DNA of 53,358 nucleotides from Alphaproteobacteria bacterium (GTDB taxonomy: Bacteria; Pseudomonadota; Alphaproteobacteria; JAJTHO01; CANGYM01): assembly GCA_947458235.1 (NCBI GenBank), contig CANGYP010000003.1, positions 1-53,358 on the forward strand. The letters run 5' to 3'. The translations under genes were made by a program, and so were the position numbers. Of the stretch, positions 29,808 through 39,626 are shown piece by piece. The notes beneath the pieces were generated by a model. It ran no database searches, had not been told where the DNA came from, and saw only the letters and a list, made by a program, of their open reading frames with translations. Every line of letters starts with the position of its first letter. Position 1 is the first letter of the stretch.

Positions 29808-31055
29808 TTAGGCGTTGTACGTGGTGTGATCCAAAGTGCCTTCGCTGGCATCCACAATTAACGTGATGGCCGCATCACCCGTGATGTTGATGGTTGTGCG
29901 CACCATATCCAGCAAACGGTCAATACCCAGTAGGATCCCAATACCCTCTAACGGCAGGCCCACAGAATTCAAAACCATCCCCATAAAAATGATGGACCCA
30001 CTGGGAATCCCCGCAGCCCCAATAGAGCCCAAGGTGCAGGTTAACATCAGAATCAAATAATCATGCAATTCCAAATGCACACCAAACACTTGCGCAAAAA
30101 AGACCGCACAAATACCCAAATAAATCGCCGTTCCATCCATGTTCATGGAGGCGCCAAGGGGCATCATGAATTTCACACTTTGCTCGGACACACCCAGTTT
30201 GGTTTCCACATTGTTCATGGCGGTGGCCAAAGTGGCCTTGCTGCTGCTGGTGGAAAAAGCCAAAAGCTGGGTTGAACCCATTTTTTTAAAAAACGGCATG
30301 GGGGAAACCCTGCCAAAAACAGCGATCAAAACCCCAAACACGAACATTTGCAGGGCACATGCGGCCAAAAAACATACGATAAGCCAGATGAGCGTGTGGA
30401 TGATATCCATGCCCTGCGTGCCCACCATCCATGCAATAAAGCCAAATACGGCAATGGGGGCCAAGCGAACGATCAATTCGATCATTTTAAAGGTGACGGT
30501 AGAAAATCCATTCAAAACATCACGAGCATGGTGTCCTTTGGGCCCCAGCATGTTAATGACAACACCCGTGAACACAGAGAAAAGAACAATTTGCAGATAA
30601 TGATCCTCAGTAAACATCCGAACAGCATTTGTGGGAACCAAGGACATAAAAAATGCGCCCAAGGTAGGAGCAGTCTGGGCATTCGGCCCAGCATCCCCAA
30701 AAATCGAAGGGTCAATGGAAATGCCGATGCCAGGATTAAAAATATTGGCCATGACAAGACCTAAAACCACCGCAAAAAAAGATGTACAGGAATAGGCCAC
30801 AACGCCCTTGAAGCCCACACGGGCAGCCCCCCCCGCCCCGCTTAAGCTGGTGATTCCTGACACCAAAGCCAGAAAAATCAACGGGGTCACGACCATTTTG
30901 ATTAAGTTGATAAAAATCTTTCCCAAAACCTTCATGGATTCGGCATACTCTTTGAAAAAAAGACCAGCCAAAACACCGAGAAAAAGTCCAGCCAAGACTT
31001 CTTTCCAGAGTGCGAAGCCAAAAATACCCCGATCAGATCCAGATGCAGCTGCCAT
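29808..31055 (-). CDS. Dicarboxylate/amino acid:cation symporter (GltP-like)
   Basis: AFSTSSSKATL, PLGASMNMDGTAIY, IDRLLDM.RT.IN..GD. Confidence 0.95.
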   Translation of the reverse strand: MAAASGSDRGIFGFALWKEVLAGLFLGVLAGLFFKEYAESMKVLGKIFINLIKMVVTPLIFLALVSGITSLSGAGGAARVGFKGVVAYSCTSFFAVVLGLVMANIFNPGIGISIDPSIFGDAGPNAQTAPTLGAFFMSLVPTNAVRMFTEDHYLQIVLFSVFTGVVINMLGPKGHHARDVLNGFSTVTFKMIELIVRLAPIAVFGFIAWMVGTQGMDIIHTLIWLIVCFLAACALQMFVFGVLIAVFGRVSPMPFFKKMGSTQLLAFSTSSSKATLATAMNNVETKLGVSEQSVKFMMPLGASMNMDGTAIYLGICAVFFAQVFGVHLELHDYLILMLTCTLGSIGAAGIPSGSIIFMGMVLNSVGLPLEGIGILLGIDRLLDMVRTTINITGDAAITLIVDASEGTLDHTTYNA

Positions 31056-31185
31056 GATGTTGGTCCTTTGTTTTTTGGTTAAAAGGGGACAAAAACCATC
31101 CACCTATAATCGTTTTTCTGCCTTGGTGCAAGATGATTTGAAGTCTTTTTGTGGTCTCGTGCTTGAAGGCAGGTGCATAACTGTT

Positions 31186-33138
31186 CTACTGATCCGACCA
31201 CCCCATCCACTGTCCAGCAATGCGTACGGGGGGCAGAACGGCCAGCGGTGCGGGTTGTTGATAGACATCCAGCATGGTGGCGTAAAGGGGCCCTTCGGCT
31301 GGTATACCCATCAGGGCGGCGTTCATCAGGGATACATGGGCTTGTGACGAGCCAAGCCCGCCCATGACAAAGCGCAGGAATCCCGTCAACACATCCTCAA
31401 TTTTTGGGTAAACCACCACGGTGACAGCGCGACGATCTAGGCGGGCTTGTTTAGCCGCTTCGTGCACGGCTTCTTCCAAGCCGCCAACGCGGTCGATCAG
31501 GCCCAAAGACAGGGCATCCAGACCCGTGAAAAACTGGCCGCCGATGGCTTGGCTGGCCTGAGCGTCCGTTAATTTTCGGCCAGCCTTCACCAAGCCCCCA
31601 AAGGTGTCGTAGGCTTCTTTCAAATTGGCGGATACGAGGGCACTTTCTGCGGGATCAAAGAGGGTTTGAGAACTCCATATCAACGCGTGGGGCTGAACCA
31701 CCACACGATCCCATTTCACATCCAGTTTTTGCGAAAGGCTCGCCGTCACAAACTTACCCCCAAAGACCCCGATGGACCCCACCAGAGATGTTTCGGGCGC
31801 AACGATGGCGTTGGCATCCATGGACAGAAAATACCCGCCAGAGGCCGCCATATCCTTGATGCTGATGATCACAGGAATGCCTTGGGTCTTTGCGGACAAC
31901 ACCGCATCCCGCAACACATGAGAGGCCGTATAAGAGCCACCTGGGCTATCTACACGCAGGACAATCGCTTTGACATCATCCTCCACAGCCTCTTGGATCT
32001 GCTGGGCCAGCGTTAGGGCATACACACGGGAGCCTGAGCCGCCAAACGGAGCATCCTCTGGATCATACCCATCCATAATGGGCCCTTCAGCGTAAATCAG
32101 GGCGATGGATTCGGGGTCCTTGTTGTCTTTGAAAGGAGCAGATTTCCCTGCCTTGGTATCGGGGGCAATCACATCGTTCGTGACCTGAGGACGGCCCCCC
32201 TCATAGTCATGAACATCGATATAGGTGCCGTCTTGGGGGGATTCGGTTTCATGCTCCCCCCGCACAACCCACGTTTTGGATGTTTCAAGGAAGGATTCAA
32301 AAGATGACGTTTCATCCACTAAACCCAACGTTTTGGCCTCCGCCGCAGGAATCAGGGCTTTTGCAAAAAAACTGTCCATGGTGGCTTTATCCCAGCCCCG
32401 TGCCGCCATGATGCGGTCTGTCATGATGCCAGAAAGCGAGGTTAGATAAGCCTGCAAGGTCGCGCGGTGCTCGGGGGTATAACCATCCTCCATCACCGTG
32501 TTGGCACCCGTTTTGTTTTCGCTGAATCGGAAAAATTGGGGCTCGACCCCCAAATGATCTTTCAAAGCGGTTTTGACAAAGGGAGCCTCAGCCGCCAAAC
32601 CCGTCAAAGACACGGTACCACTGCCATGCATCACAAGGCGATCAAAGGCCGAAGCGGTCATGTATTGCACCAACCCTCTAGCCCCAAACTCAAAGGTGTC
32701 CAAATAGGCCGTTGTTTTTTTTCCTTGATCGCGAAAGGCCTTCACGGCCCCTAGCAGGGCGTCACGATCGGCCAGCGATAGATCCTCGTCCCGCAGATCC
32801 ACCACCAAACCCCGTATGCGTTTATCCTTGGCGGCATACTGAATCCGTGTCGTCAGGGTGTGGGCATCCATAAAGGATGGACCCAGAAAACGGGCCAGAC
32901 GCTCATCCACTTTACGTTGGGCGAGGGGTTCTGAAAAATCAACAAACAAAATACCGTTATCGGGAATGCTGGCCATCTGACGATGGTCTTTGCTTGTTTT
33001 TAAGGTCTCTTCCCATCCCTCTTCGGAAAGTTTACCCACCAAAAGAGACACCCCCACCAGCAACAGCAGAAAGGTCAGACCAAAAAACATCAAAACGCCC
33101 TTAGCCGCGCGTAACATCCATTTGAATAAAGTTTTCAT
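31186..33138 (-). CDS. sppA: Signal peptide peptidase SppA (long form, S49)
   Basis: LRVDSPGGS, MAASGGY, GSIGVFGGK; tandem S49 domains. Confidence 0.93.
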   Translation of the reverse strand: MKTLFKWMLRAAKGVLMFFGLTFLLLLVGVSLLVGKLSEEGWEETLKTSKDHRQMASIPDNGILFVDFSEPLAQRKVDERLARFLGPSFMDAHTLTTRIQYAAKDKRIRGLVVDLRDEDLSLADRDALLGAVKAFRDQGKKTTAYLDTFEFGARGLVQYMTASAFDRLVMHGSGTVSLTGLAAEAPFVKTALKDHLGVEPQFFRFSENKTGANTVMEDGYTPEHRATLQAYLTSLSGIMTDRIMAARGWDKATMDSFFAKALIPAAEAKTLGLVDETSSFESFLETSKTWVVRGEHETESPQDGTYIDVHDYEGGRPQVTNDVIAPDTKAGKSAPFKDNKDPESIALIYAEGPIMDGYDPEDAPFGGSGSRVYALTLAQQIQEAVEDDVKAIVLRVDSPGGSYTASHVLRDAVLSAKTQGIPVIISIKDMAASGGYFLSMDANAIVAPETSLVGSIGVFGGKFVTASLSQKLDVKWDRVVVQPHALIWSSQTLFDPAESALVSANLKEAYDTFGGLVKAGRKLTDAQASQAIGGQFFTGLDALSLGLIDRVGGLEEAVHEAAKQARLDRRAVTVVVYPKIEDVLTGFLRFVMGGLGSSQAHVSLMNAALMGIPAEGPLYATMLDVYQQPAPLAVLPPVRIAGQWMGWSDQ

Positions 33139-33211
33139 AGGGGATCTCCTTGACTGAACACACTAGACATGCCGTGCTGCATTTCGGCATCCGAGTTAAC
33201 GGGTTTTGACA

Positions 33212-34201
33212 TTAAGAAAGACTCCCTTTGCCCTGTTCCCCCCGACTCTTCCACAAAGAGTATACAATGCCCGAGGCCAGTAGCAGCACGGTCACGCTCA
33301 AACTGATCACGGCGGGAATTTTATCGATGCCCATGATATCGGCGGCTAGAACCTTGCCCCCGATGAAAATCAACACCACGGCCAAACTGTATTTCAGATA
33401 ATGGAACCGGTGAATAATAGCCGCCAAAGCAAAATACAATGCCCGCAGTCCCAAGATAGCAAAAATATTGCTGGTATACACAATGTAGGGATCTTTGGTA
33501 ATGGCGAAAATGGCAGGAATGCTGTCCACCGCAAAAATCACATCGGCAAACTCCACCAAAATCAAGGCCAGAAATAGGGGGGTCACAAAACGCTTTTTTT
33601 TCTTTGGGTTGTCGGGATCGGGCAGTCGAACAAAAAATTTATGACCATGTAAGGTATTGGTGACAGGCAAATGATTCCTAAGCCATTTCAAAAGAACATT
33701 ATCCGCCAAATCTGGATTTTTTTCTTTGGCGAACAGCATTTTAACCCCTGTCCCCACCAAAAAGACGGCGAAAATCAGCAACACCCATTCAAACCGCGCG
33801 ACCAAGGCAGCCCCCACAGCAATCATAATCCCCCGCAGGATGATGACACCCAAAATCCCCCACACCAAAACGCGATGTTGGTACTTTCGAGGTATGGAAA
33901 AAAAGCTGAAAATCATGGAAATGACGAAAATGTTATCCAATGCTAAGGTTTTTTCGATCAAAAACCCTGTCAGATACTCTTTGCCTGCTTGGGGGCCGAA
34001 TTCAAACCATACCCAACCGCCAAAGCAGAGGGCCAAAATAATATAAAAGGCGCTCAGGCCTAAACTTTCCCGAACGCCGATATCATGATCTTTTCTGTTT
34101 AAAAACCCCAAGTCAAACACCAAGAGGCCCAAAACAACCCCAAAAAAAAGACACCAGACCCAAATGGCCTTTCCCATCCAAAGGGCAGTTAAAAAATCCA
34201 T
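33212..34201 (-). CDS. TerC family integral membrane protein
   Basis: IEKTLALDNIFV, DVIFAVDSIPA, SNIFAILGLRALYF. Confidence 0.95.
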   Translation of the reverse strand: MDFLTALWMGKAIWVWCLFFGVVLGLLVFDLGFLNRKDHDIGVRESLGLSAFYIILALCFGGWVWFEFGPQAGKEYLTGFLIEKTLALDNIFVISMIFSFFSIPRKYQHRVLVWGILGVIILRGIMIAVGAALVARFEWVLLIFAVFLVGTGVKMLFAKEKNPDLADNVLLKWLRNHLPVTNTLHGHKFFVRLPDPDNPKKKKRFVTPLFLALILVEFADVIFAVDSIPAIFAITKDPYIVYTSNIFAILGLRALYFALAAIIHRFHYLKYSLAVVLIFIGGKVLAADIMGIDKIPAVISLSVTVLLLASGIVYSLWKSRGEQGKGSLS

Positions 34202-34216
34202 GAGCCCTATTCCTTA

Positions 34217-35224
34217 TTATACGTTTGACAAACGATACACCGCCGTCGCCACCACCATGATCAGGCTGAGGGGAAGAAAAACCTTCCACCCCAAGCGCAT
34301 CAACTGGTCATAGCGATAGCGGGGAAAGGTAGCACGTACCCAGATGAAACAAAATAGGATAAACACCACCTTCAGAACAAACCAGACAATGCCTGGAATG
34401 GCAGTGAACAAGGGGATATCCAGCGGCGGTAGCCATCCGCCCATAAACAAAATTGTGGTCATGCCTGCCATCAAAATCATGTTGGCATATTCGCCTAGAA
34501 AGAACAGGGCAAAGCTCATAGAGGAGTACTCCACAAAATACCCCGCCACCAGTTCCGATTCCCCCTCGGGCAGATCAAAAGGGGCGCGGTTGGTTTCGGC
34601 CAGCGTGGAAATAAAAAACACGATGAACATAGGAAACAGGGGAATCATGAACCAGCCATCTTTTTGGGCCAGAACAATCTCCGTCACATTCATGGACCCC
34701 ACCATCAGCAGGACCGTGACAATGACAAAGCCCATGGACACTTCGTAACTGACCATCTGCGCGGCGGAGCGCATGGCCCCCAAAAACGCATATTTTGAAT
34801 TGCTGGCCCACCCCGCCACAATAATCCCATACACACCCAGCGAAGAAATGGCAAACAGGTACAAAATCCCCACATTGATGTTGGCCAGAACCAAGGGTTT
34901 ACCGTCATCCGTCATCCCCACGGGCACCACGGCCCACGCCACCAAGGCCAAAACAAACGTCAGCATGGGGGCCCCGATGAACAGCCAGCGATTGGCGCCG
35001 CTGGGGAAAATGGTTTCTTTGGTGAACAATTTTAACCCATCGGCCAAGGGTTGCAGCAACCCAAACGGCCCCACCACATTGGGCCCCTTGCGCAATTGCA
35101 TGGCCCCGATGACTTTTCTTTCGAAATAGGTCAAATACGCCACCGCCACCAACAGCGGCACCGTAATGGCCAAGGCCCCAAGGACCATATAGAGAACATC
35201 CCAGAAAAGAGGATTCTCAAACAC
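34217..35224 (-). CDS. nuoH: NADH-quinone oxidoreductase subunit H
   Basis: ERKV....[32 protein letters not shown]. Confidence 0.98.
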   Translation of the reverse strand: MFENPLFWDVLYMVLGALAITVPLLVAVAYLTYFERKVIGAMQLRKGPNVVGPFGLLQPLADGLKLFTKETIFPSGANRWLFIGAPMLTFVLALVAWAVVPVGMTDDGKPLVLANINVGILYLFAISSLGVYGIIVAGWASNSKYAFLGAMRSAAQMVSYEVSMGFVIVTVLLMVGSMNVTEIVLAQKDGWFMIPLFPMFIVFFISTLAETNRAPFDLPEGESELVAGYFVEYSSMSFALFFLGEYANMILMAGMTTILFMGGWLPPLDIPLFTAIPGIVWFVLKVVFILFCFIWVRATFPRYRYDQLMRLGWKVFLPLSLIMVVATAVYRLSNV

Positions 35225-37278
35225 TAAGCCACCGCTTTTTTGTCATCAGGATTCTGGCCCCCATACACAAACACACGGGCACATTCTGCCATGGTTTTCG
35301 ATGCCCGCGAAATGGGATCGGTCTGGTAAAAATTGCTAATGGGGTACACCAACGGGGCTTTGTCCAGCGTTTTGGGGCTTTGGGGAAAACGGGTCCAAGA
35401 CGGTGTCGGACACTGATCCCGAACCGCCAAAGCAGGATAGTGCTGCACCATGGCCAACCGAACCTCCTCCAACGTGCGATAGGTCAGCGAGACGCCAGAG
35501 ACATGATCTGCTAAGGCACGAAAAATTTTCCAGTCCTCTTTCGCTAAGTGGGGGGGGGTGACGGCAGGCAAAGCCTCTTGGATGCGCCCCTCGGTGTTGA
35601 CGTATAGGGCTTGCTTTTCTGTATAGGCCGCCCCAGGCAAAATCACGTCGGCATAATGGGCCGCTTTGTCGCCATGGTGGCCTTGATAAATCACAAAAGC
35701 CTTTTCCAAAACATCCGTGGGCACATCGTCCGCCCCGTACAGGTACAGCGTGGTCACGGCACCGCCGCGCACAGCATCAAACAGGGCCTGTTGCCCGCCC
35801 TGTGTCACAAAGCCCAAATCCAAGGCTGCCAGCGTCCCCACGTTGTGGTGCAAAACGTTAAACCCAACACAATCGGGCGTGATTATGCCCACGGATTCGG
35901 CCAGATCAGCAGCGTAGGCATAGATGGCCTCGCCGTCAGAACGTGCCAAAACCGATGCGCCCAGAATCAAGGCAGGACGCTGGGCTTTTTTCAGGATACC
36001 CGCAAAGGGAACCGCACCCTTGGCAAGGCCGCGCAAAACCTCCGCCGTATTGCCCAAATGGTCATAGGGATAGGTCAAATCCACAGCCTCCCCCACCAAA
36101 GCCACGGGCAGGGCGTTTTGCGTATAACGTTTACGAATGCGGGCGTTGATCAGGGGTGCTTCCCAACGGGGATTCGTGCCCACCAACAACAGGGCATCCA
36201 CCGATTCCAAGCCCGCAATGGTGGTGTTAAACATATAGCGAGAGCGATTATCGCGGGGAAACACGCCCCCGCCCGCGCCGTCATAACGCGTTACACCCGA
36301 GGCATCCAAAAGGGTTTTCAGCACAAACAGCGATTCCAGATCCGCCAAAGGTCCCCCTATGGCGGCCAATGTTTCGGGCTGGTGAAAGCGCTCGGCCACC
36401 GCGCACAGGGCTTGGTCCCAAGGGGCTTCCTTCAGATCCCCCTGATACCGGATATAGGGGCGATCCAGACGTTGGTACTTCAAGCCATCACAGGCGTGGC
36501 GCGCTTTGTCGCCGATCCATTCCTCGTTAATGTCCTCGTTCAGGCGGGGCAGGATGCGGACAACCTCCGCCCCACGCCCATCAATGCGGATGTTGCTGCC
36601 CACGGCGTCCAAAACGTCAATGGATTCGGTTTTTTCCAGTTCCCACGGGCGGGCATGAAAGGCGTAGGGCTTGCTGGTTAAGGCCCCCACGGGGCACAAA
36701 TCCACAATGTTGCCAGACAGTTCGCTGGCCACGGGGCGGCCCAGTGTGGTGATTTCCATAGATTCCCCGCGTCCCACGGCCCCCAAAGCGGGAACCCCCG
36801 CAATATCCTCAGCAAAACGCACGCAGCGGGTGCAGTGGATGCACCGCGTCATAACGGTCTTGATTAGGGGACCCATCTCTTTTTCAGGGACAGCCCGTTT
36901 CTCTTCGTGATAGCGGCTTTTGTCCATGCCGTAGGCCATGGCTTGGTCCTGCAAGTCGCATTCTCCGCCTTGATCACAGATGGGGCAATCTAGGGGGTGA
37001 TTGATCAATAAAAATTCCATGGCACCGCGACGGGCTTTTTGCACGCGGTCGTTGTGGGTGTGCACCACCATCCCGTCAGCCACGGGCATAGCGCATGAGG
37101 CAATGGGCTTGGGGGCCTTTTCCAGATCCACCAGACACATGCGACAGTTGCCAGCGATTTTTAAACGATCATGGTAACAAAAACGGGGAATTTCAACACC
37201 AGCCAGTTCGCACGCCTGAAGGACAGTGATCCCTGCAGGGGCCTCTAAGGTCTGACCATCAATTATCAGGGTGGGCAT
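35224..37278 (-). CDS. nuoG: NADH-quinone oxidoreductase subunit G
   Basis: [40 protein letters not shown]. Confidence 0.98.
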   Translation of the reverse strand: MPTLIIDGQTLEAPAGITVLQACELAGVEIPRFCYHDRLKIAGNCRMCLVDLEKAPKPIASCAMPVADGMVVHTHNDRVQKARRGAMEFLLINHPLDCPICDQGGECDLQDQAMAYGMDKSRYHEEKRAVPEKEMGPLIKTVMTRCIHCTRCVRFAEDIAGVPALGAVGRGESMEITTLGRPVASELSGNIVDLCPVGALTSKPYAFHARPWELEKTESIDVLDAVGSNIRIDGRGAEVVRILPRLNEDINEEWIGDKARHACDGLKYQRLDRPYIRYQGDLKEAPWDQALCAVAERFHQPETLAAIGGPLADLESLFVLKTLLDASGVTRYDGAGGGVFPRDNRSRYMFNTTIAGLESVDALLLVGTNPRWEAPLINARIRKRYTQNALPVALVGEAVDLTYPYDHLGNTAEVLRGLAKGAVPFAGILKKAQRPALILGASVLARSDGEAIYAYAADLAESVGIITPDCVGFNVLHHNVGTLAALDLGFVTQGGQQALFDAVRGGAVTTLYLYGADDVPTDVLEKAFVIYQGHHGDKAAHYADVILPGAAYTEKQALYVNTEGRIQEALPAVTPPHLAKEDWKIFRALADHVSGVSLTYRTLEEVRLAMVQHYPALAVRDQCPTPSWTRFPQSPKTLDKAPLVYPISNFYQTDPISRASKTMAECARVFVYGGQNPDDKKAVA

Positions 37279-37342
37279 AGAAAAACCAGACGTTGTCTCT
37301 TCCTAAAGCCCTATGTAGTCCAAAGCCACACAAAGCGCAAGG

Positions 37343-37372
37343 CTCTTTCCACCAAGGTCTCTTTCCACCAAG
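37343..37372 (+). repeat. 14-bp direct repeat CTCTTTCCACCAAG x2
   Basis: Copies at 37343-37356 and 37359-37372 in the divergent intergenic region. Confidence 0.9.
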
Positions 37373-37408
37373 AGCGCCCCATGACCTGAAGAGGGGCCTG
37401 AAAAAAGG

Positions 37409-37438
37409 TGTGACTTTTGCCACAAATTTTATTATAAT
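37409..37438 (+). promoter_or_regulatory. CRP/FNR-type site (TGTGA-N6-CCACA) and -10 TATAAT upstream of the VirB6-like locus
   Basis: TGTGACTTTTGCCACA at 37409-37424 (1 mismatch), TATAAT at 37433-37438. Confidence 0.5.
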
Positions 37439-37457
37439 CACCCTCTAGGGAGATTGC

Positions 37458-39626
37458 ATGACAGCACGATTCGGCTTTTTGCGGCGTGTGGCGGCCTTGG
37501 CGTTGTGCCTTGGCGCGATGGTGTTGATGGGCGGGCAGGGGGCGTGGGCTATGTCTTGCGTTCAGGCGGCTGAAATTGTGGATGCCCTGTATAGTACGGG
37601 GGCAGGTGCGGGTAGCAATGGGATTCCTGGGGATTACAAACCCCCGTGTCAGTTACCTGCTGGCAGGATTATTGCCATCCAAGCTACTGAAAGTGGTCCC
37701 TATGGAAATTCTGGAACAGAATCAGGAGGAGGTGCCAAAGGTTGTGGGCAGTTGATCGGGCATAAAAATCCCACTTACCCTATTGGATCCAAGACCTTGA
37801 GCTATGATCTCCTAGGCAACAATATACACAATCTCTTACGGGGCGCAGAATATCTTTGTTATTTGCAAGATTATTTAAGATTGTATGTAGATGAAGATCG
37901 CTGCGAACTCATAGCCGCTGCCTATAATGCTGGGGAAGGTGTCGTACAAGGTGGTATACGATTGAACAAATCTCGTGGAAAACCACTGACGTTGGAGAAC
38001 ATTTTGGAAGCAGGTGTGCCATTATTTCCTAGACTGTACCCTGTTCCTCAAAAAAAAATAAAAGAGGCTTTGGGCCATGCAGGATGCACCTGCGGGGGAG
38101 AATATAGAAAATATGTTGAATCTGGACGGTTTTGTCGCCCCAACGGCGGCGGCATCGGCGGCATCGGCAACGTGGCCACAGGGGTTTTGATTGTGGATCA
38201 AATCGCCGATGTGGGCACGGGTGTGATTCAGGCGTTGGCCAGTGTGGTGAAAACGGCTGTTGTGTTGTTTGACAAACATCTGGGACCTGCGTTGTTGAGT
38301 GTGGTGATGGTGATTTACAGCATCATGGCCCTGTGGGCGATTGCCAAGCTGCTGATGCCCTTTGGCCGTCCAGGGAATGCGGGCCAGACCATGAACGGTC
38401 TGTTGACCTTGACGGGTACGGTGGGGATTGTGGCGTTGATGTTGAACAATCTCAGTTTGCTGACGTCCATGGTGTTTTTTCCCATCATGAGCTTAATGAC
38501 AGAGCTGGGGGATCTGAGTGCCAGCAGTTGTCAAAGTGCCAGCACACTCTCCACCCCATGCACTGCGGCCAATGCCCAATCCCTGTCGGGGGATGTCGCC
38601 AAAGATGCCAAGCTGTTGGCCACCCGCATGACCTGTACCGTGGATCAGGCCATGCAGCCCCTGAAACAAATCCTGCGCATTTCCATGGCCAGCCTGAAAC
38701 GGCTGGAGGGGGATTTTCAGAGTCCAGAAGCGTCCTTTATCCAAAACATCACGGATAGACTCCCGGGTGCGAAGTTTTCTGTTCTGGGACTGGTGGGTGG
38801 AAAGATCGATGAAGCCAAAACACAGAGCACGCAGATTTTGGTATTGGCCAGTGCGGTCCCCTTGGCGGTGATGTCGGCGACGTCCATTTTGGGCATCGTG
38901 GCCACCACGGCGCAGGCCTTTTGGAAAATTGCCTTTGAATTTTTTAAACTGGCCCCTGCGGTGGCGGCCTTTGCCTTTCGTCCCACACGGGGTGTGTTTT
39001 CCACCAGTGTTAAGGGGTGGATCAGCCCCATCATGATCTTTGCGGTGATTTACAGCATATTGGGCCTATCGTCGGGCATTGTATGCAATCTGCCCTTGGG
39101 CAAAACGGCCGATGGGAAAGACTACACATTAGGTGAGAGTGGCGATGCGTATGTTGCGGGTATTCCTGATGCGCCTGTTATAGGGACGCTCCCTGATCTT
39201 TTTCAATGGAAGTCGGGCGAGGCCCTGTTCCCTGTTTTAACCAAAAGCGTTTGGATCACGTTGGCCTTTTTCACCATTTTTATTAACAGCTCGTTGCGGT
39301 TGGCTGCCAAGATGGATTGGGTGGGCGGCGGCGGTCTGGCCGATGGTCTGCAAAAATTGGTCAGCAATACCTTGGGCAATCTGGATCATTACAAAGCCCT
39401 GATGCAAAAAACCGTGGGCTTGGCCAGCGATGTGGCCCAAAATGCTTGGATGAAATCTGGGGATGAGAAAAAGAAGGACAAAGAAGATAAAAAAGATGAT
39501 GGTAAAGAGGGTGACAAGGACAGCAAGCCTGCGGACGGATCGTCCTCGGAAGGGGGCCAGAGCAACACCGACCAAAGCGGGGGTAGCCAATCGGCCCCAA
39601 GCCCGCAGGAAAGGACCCCCGTATGA
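37458..39626 (+). CDS. Lytic transglycosylase (SLT) domain fused to VirB6/TrbL-like polytopic membrane domain (722 aa)
   Basis: Signal peptide; SLT motifs ATES (E78), GAKGCGQL, N...GAEYL, AAYNAGEG; then multiple TM helices and a charged low-complexity tail; VirB6 identity inferred from topology. Confidence 0.72.
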   Translation: MTARFGFLRRVAALALCLGAMVLMGGQGAWAMSCVQAAEIVDALYSTGAGAGSNGIPGDYKPPCQLPAGRIIAIQATESGPYGNSGTESGGGAKGCGQLIGHKNPTYPIGSKTLSYDLLGNNIHNLLRGAEYLCYLQDYLRLYVDEDRCELIAAAYNAGEGVVQGGIRLNKSRGKPLTLENILEAGVPLFPRLYPVPQKKIKEALGHAGCTCGGEYRKYVESGRFCRPNGGGIGGIGNVATGVLIVDQIADVGTGVIQALASVVKTAVVLFDKHLGPALLSVVMVIYSIMALWAIAKLLMPFGRPGNAGQTMNGLLTLTGTVGIVALMLNNLSLLTSMVFFPIMSLMTELGDLSASSCQSASTLSTPCTAANAQSLSGDVAKDAKLLATRMTCTVDQAMQPLKQILRISMASLKRLEGDFQSPEASFIQNITDRLPGAKFSVLGLVGGKIDEAKTQSTQILVLASAVPLAVMSATSILGIVATTAQAFWKIAFEFFKLAPAVAAFAFRPTRGVFSTSVKGWISPIMIFAVIYSILGLSSGIVCNLPLGKTADGKDYTLGESGDAYVAGIPDAPVIGTLPDLFQWKSGEALFPVLTKSVWITLAFFTIFINSSLRLAAKMDWVGGGGLADGLQKLVSNTLGNLDHYKALMQKTVGLASDVAQNAWMKSGDEKKKDKEDKKDDGKEGDKDSKPADGSSSEGGQSNTDQSGGSQSAPSPQERTPV

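Noticed and set aside
34202-34216. yybP-ykoY riboswitch upstream of terC
   Set aside because: Only 15 nt between nuoH and terC, so there is no room
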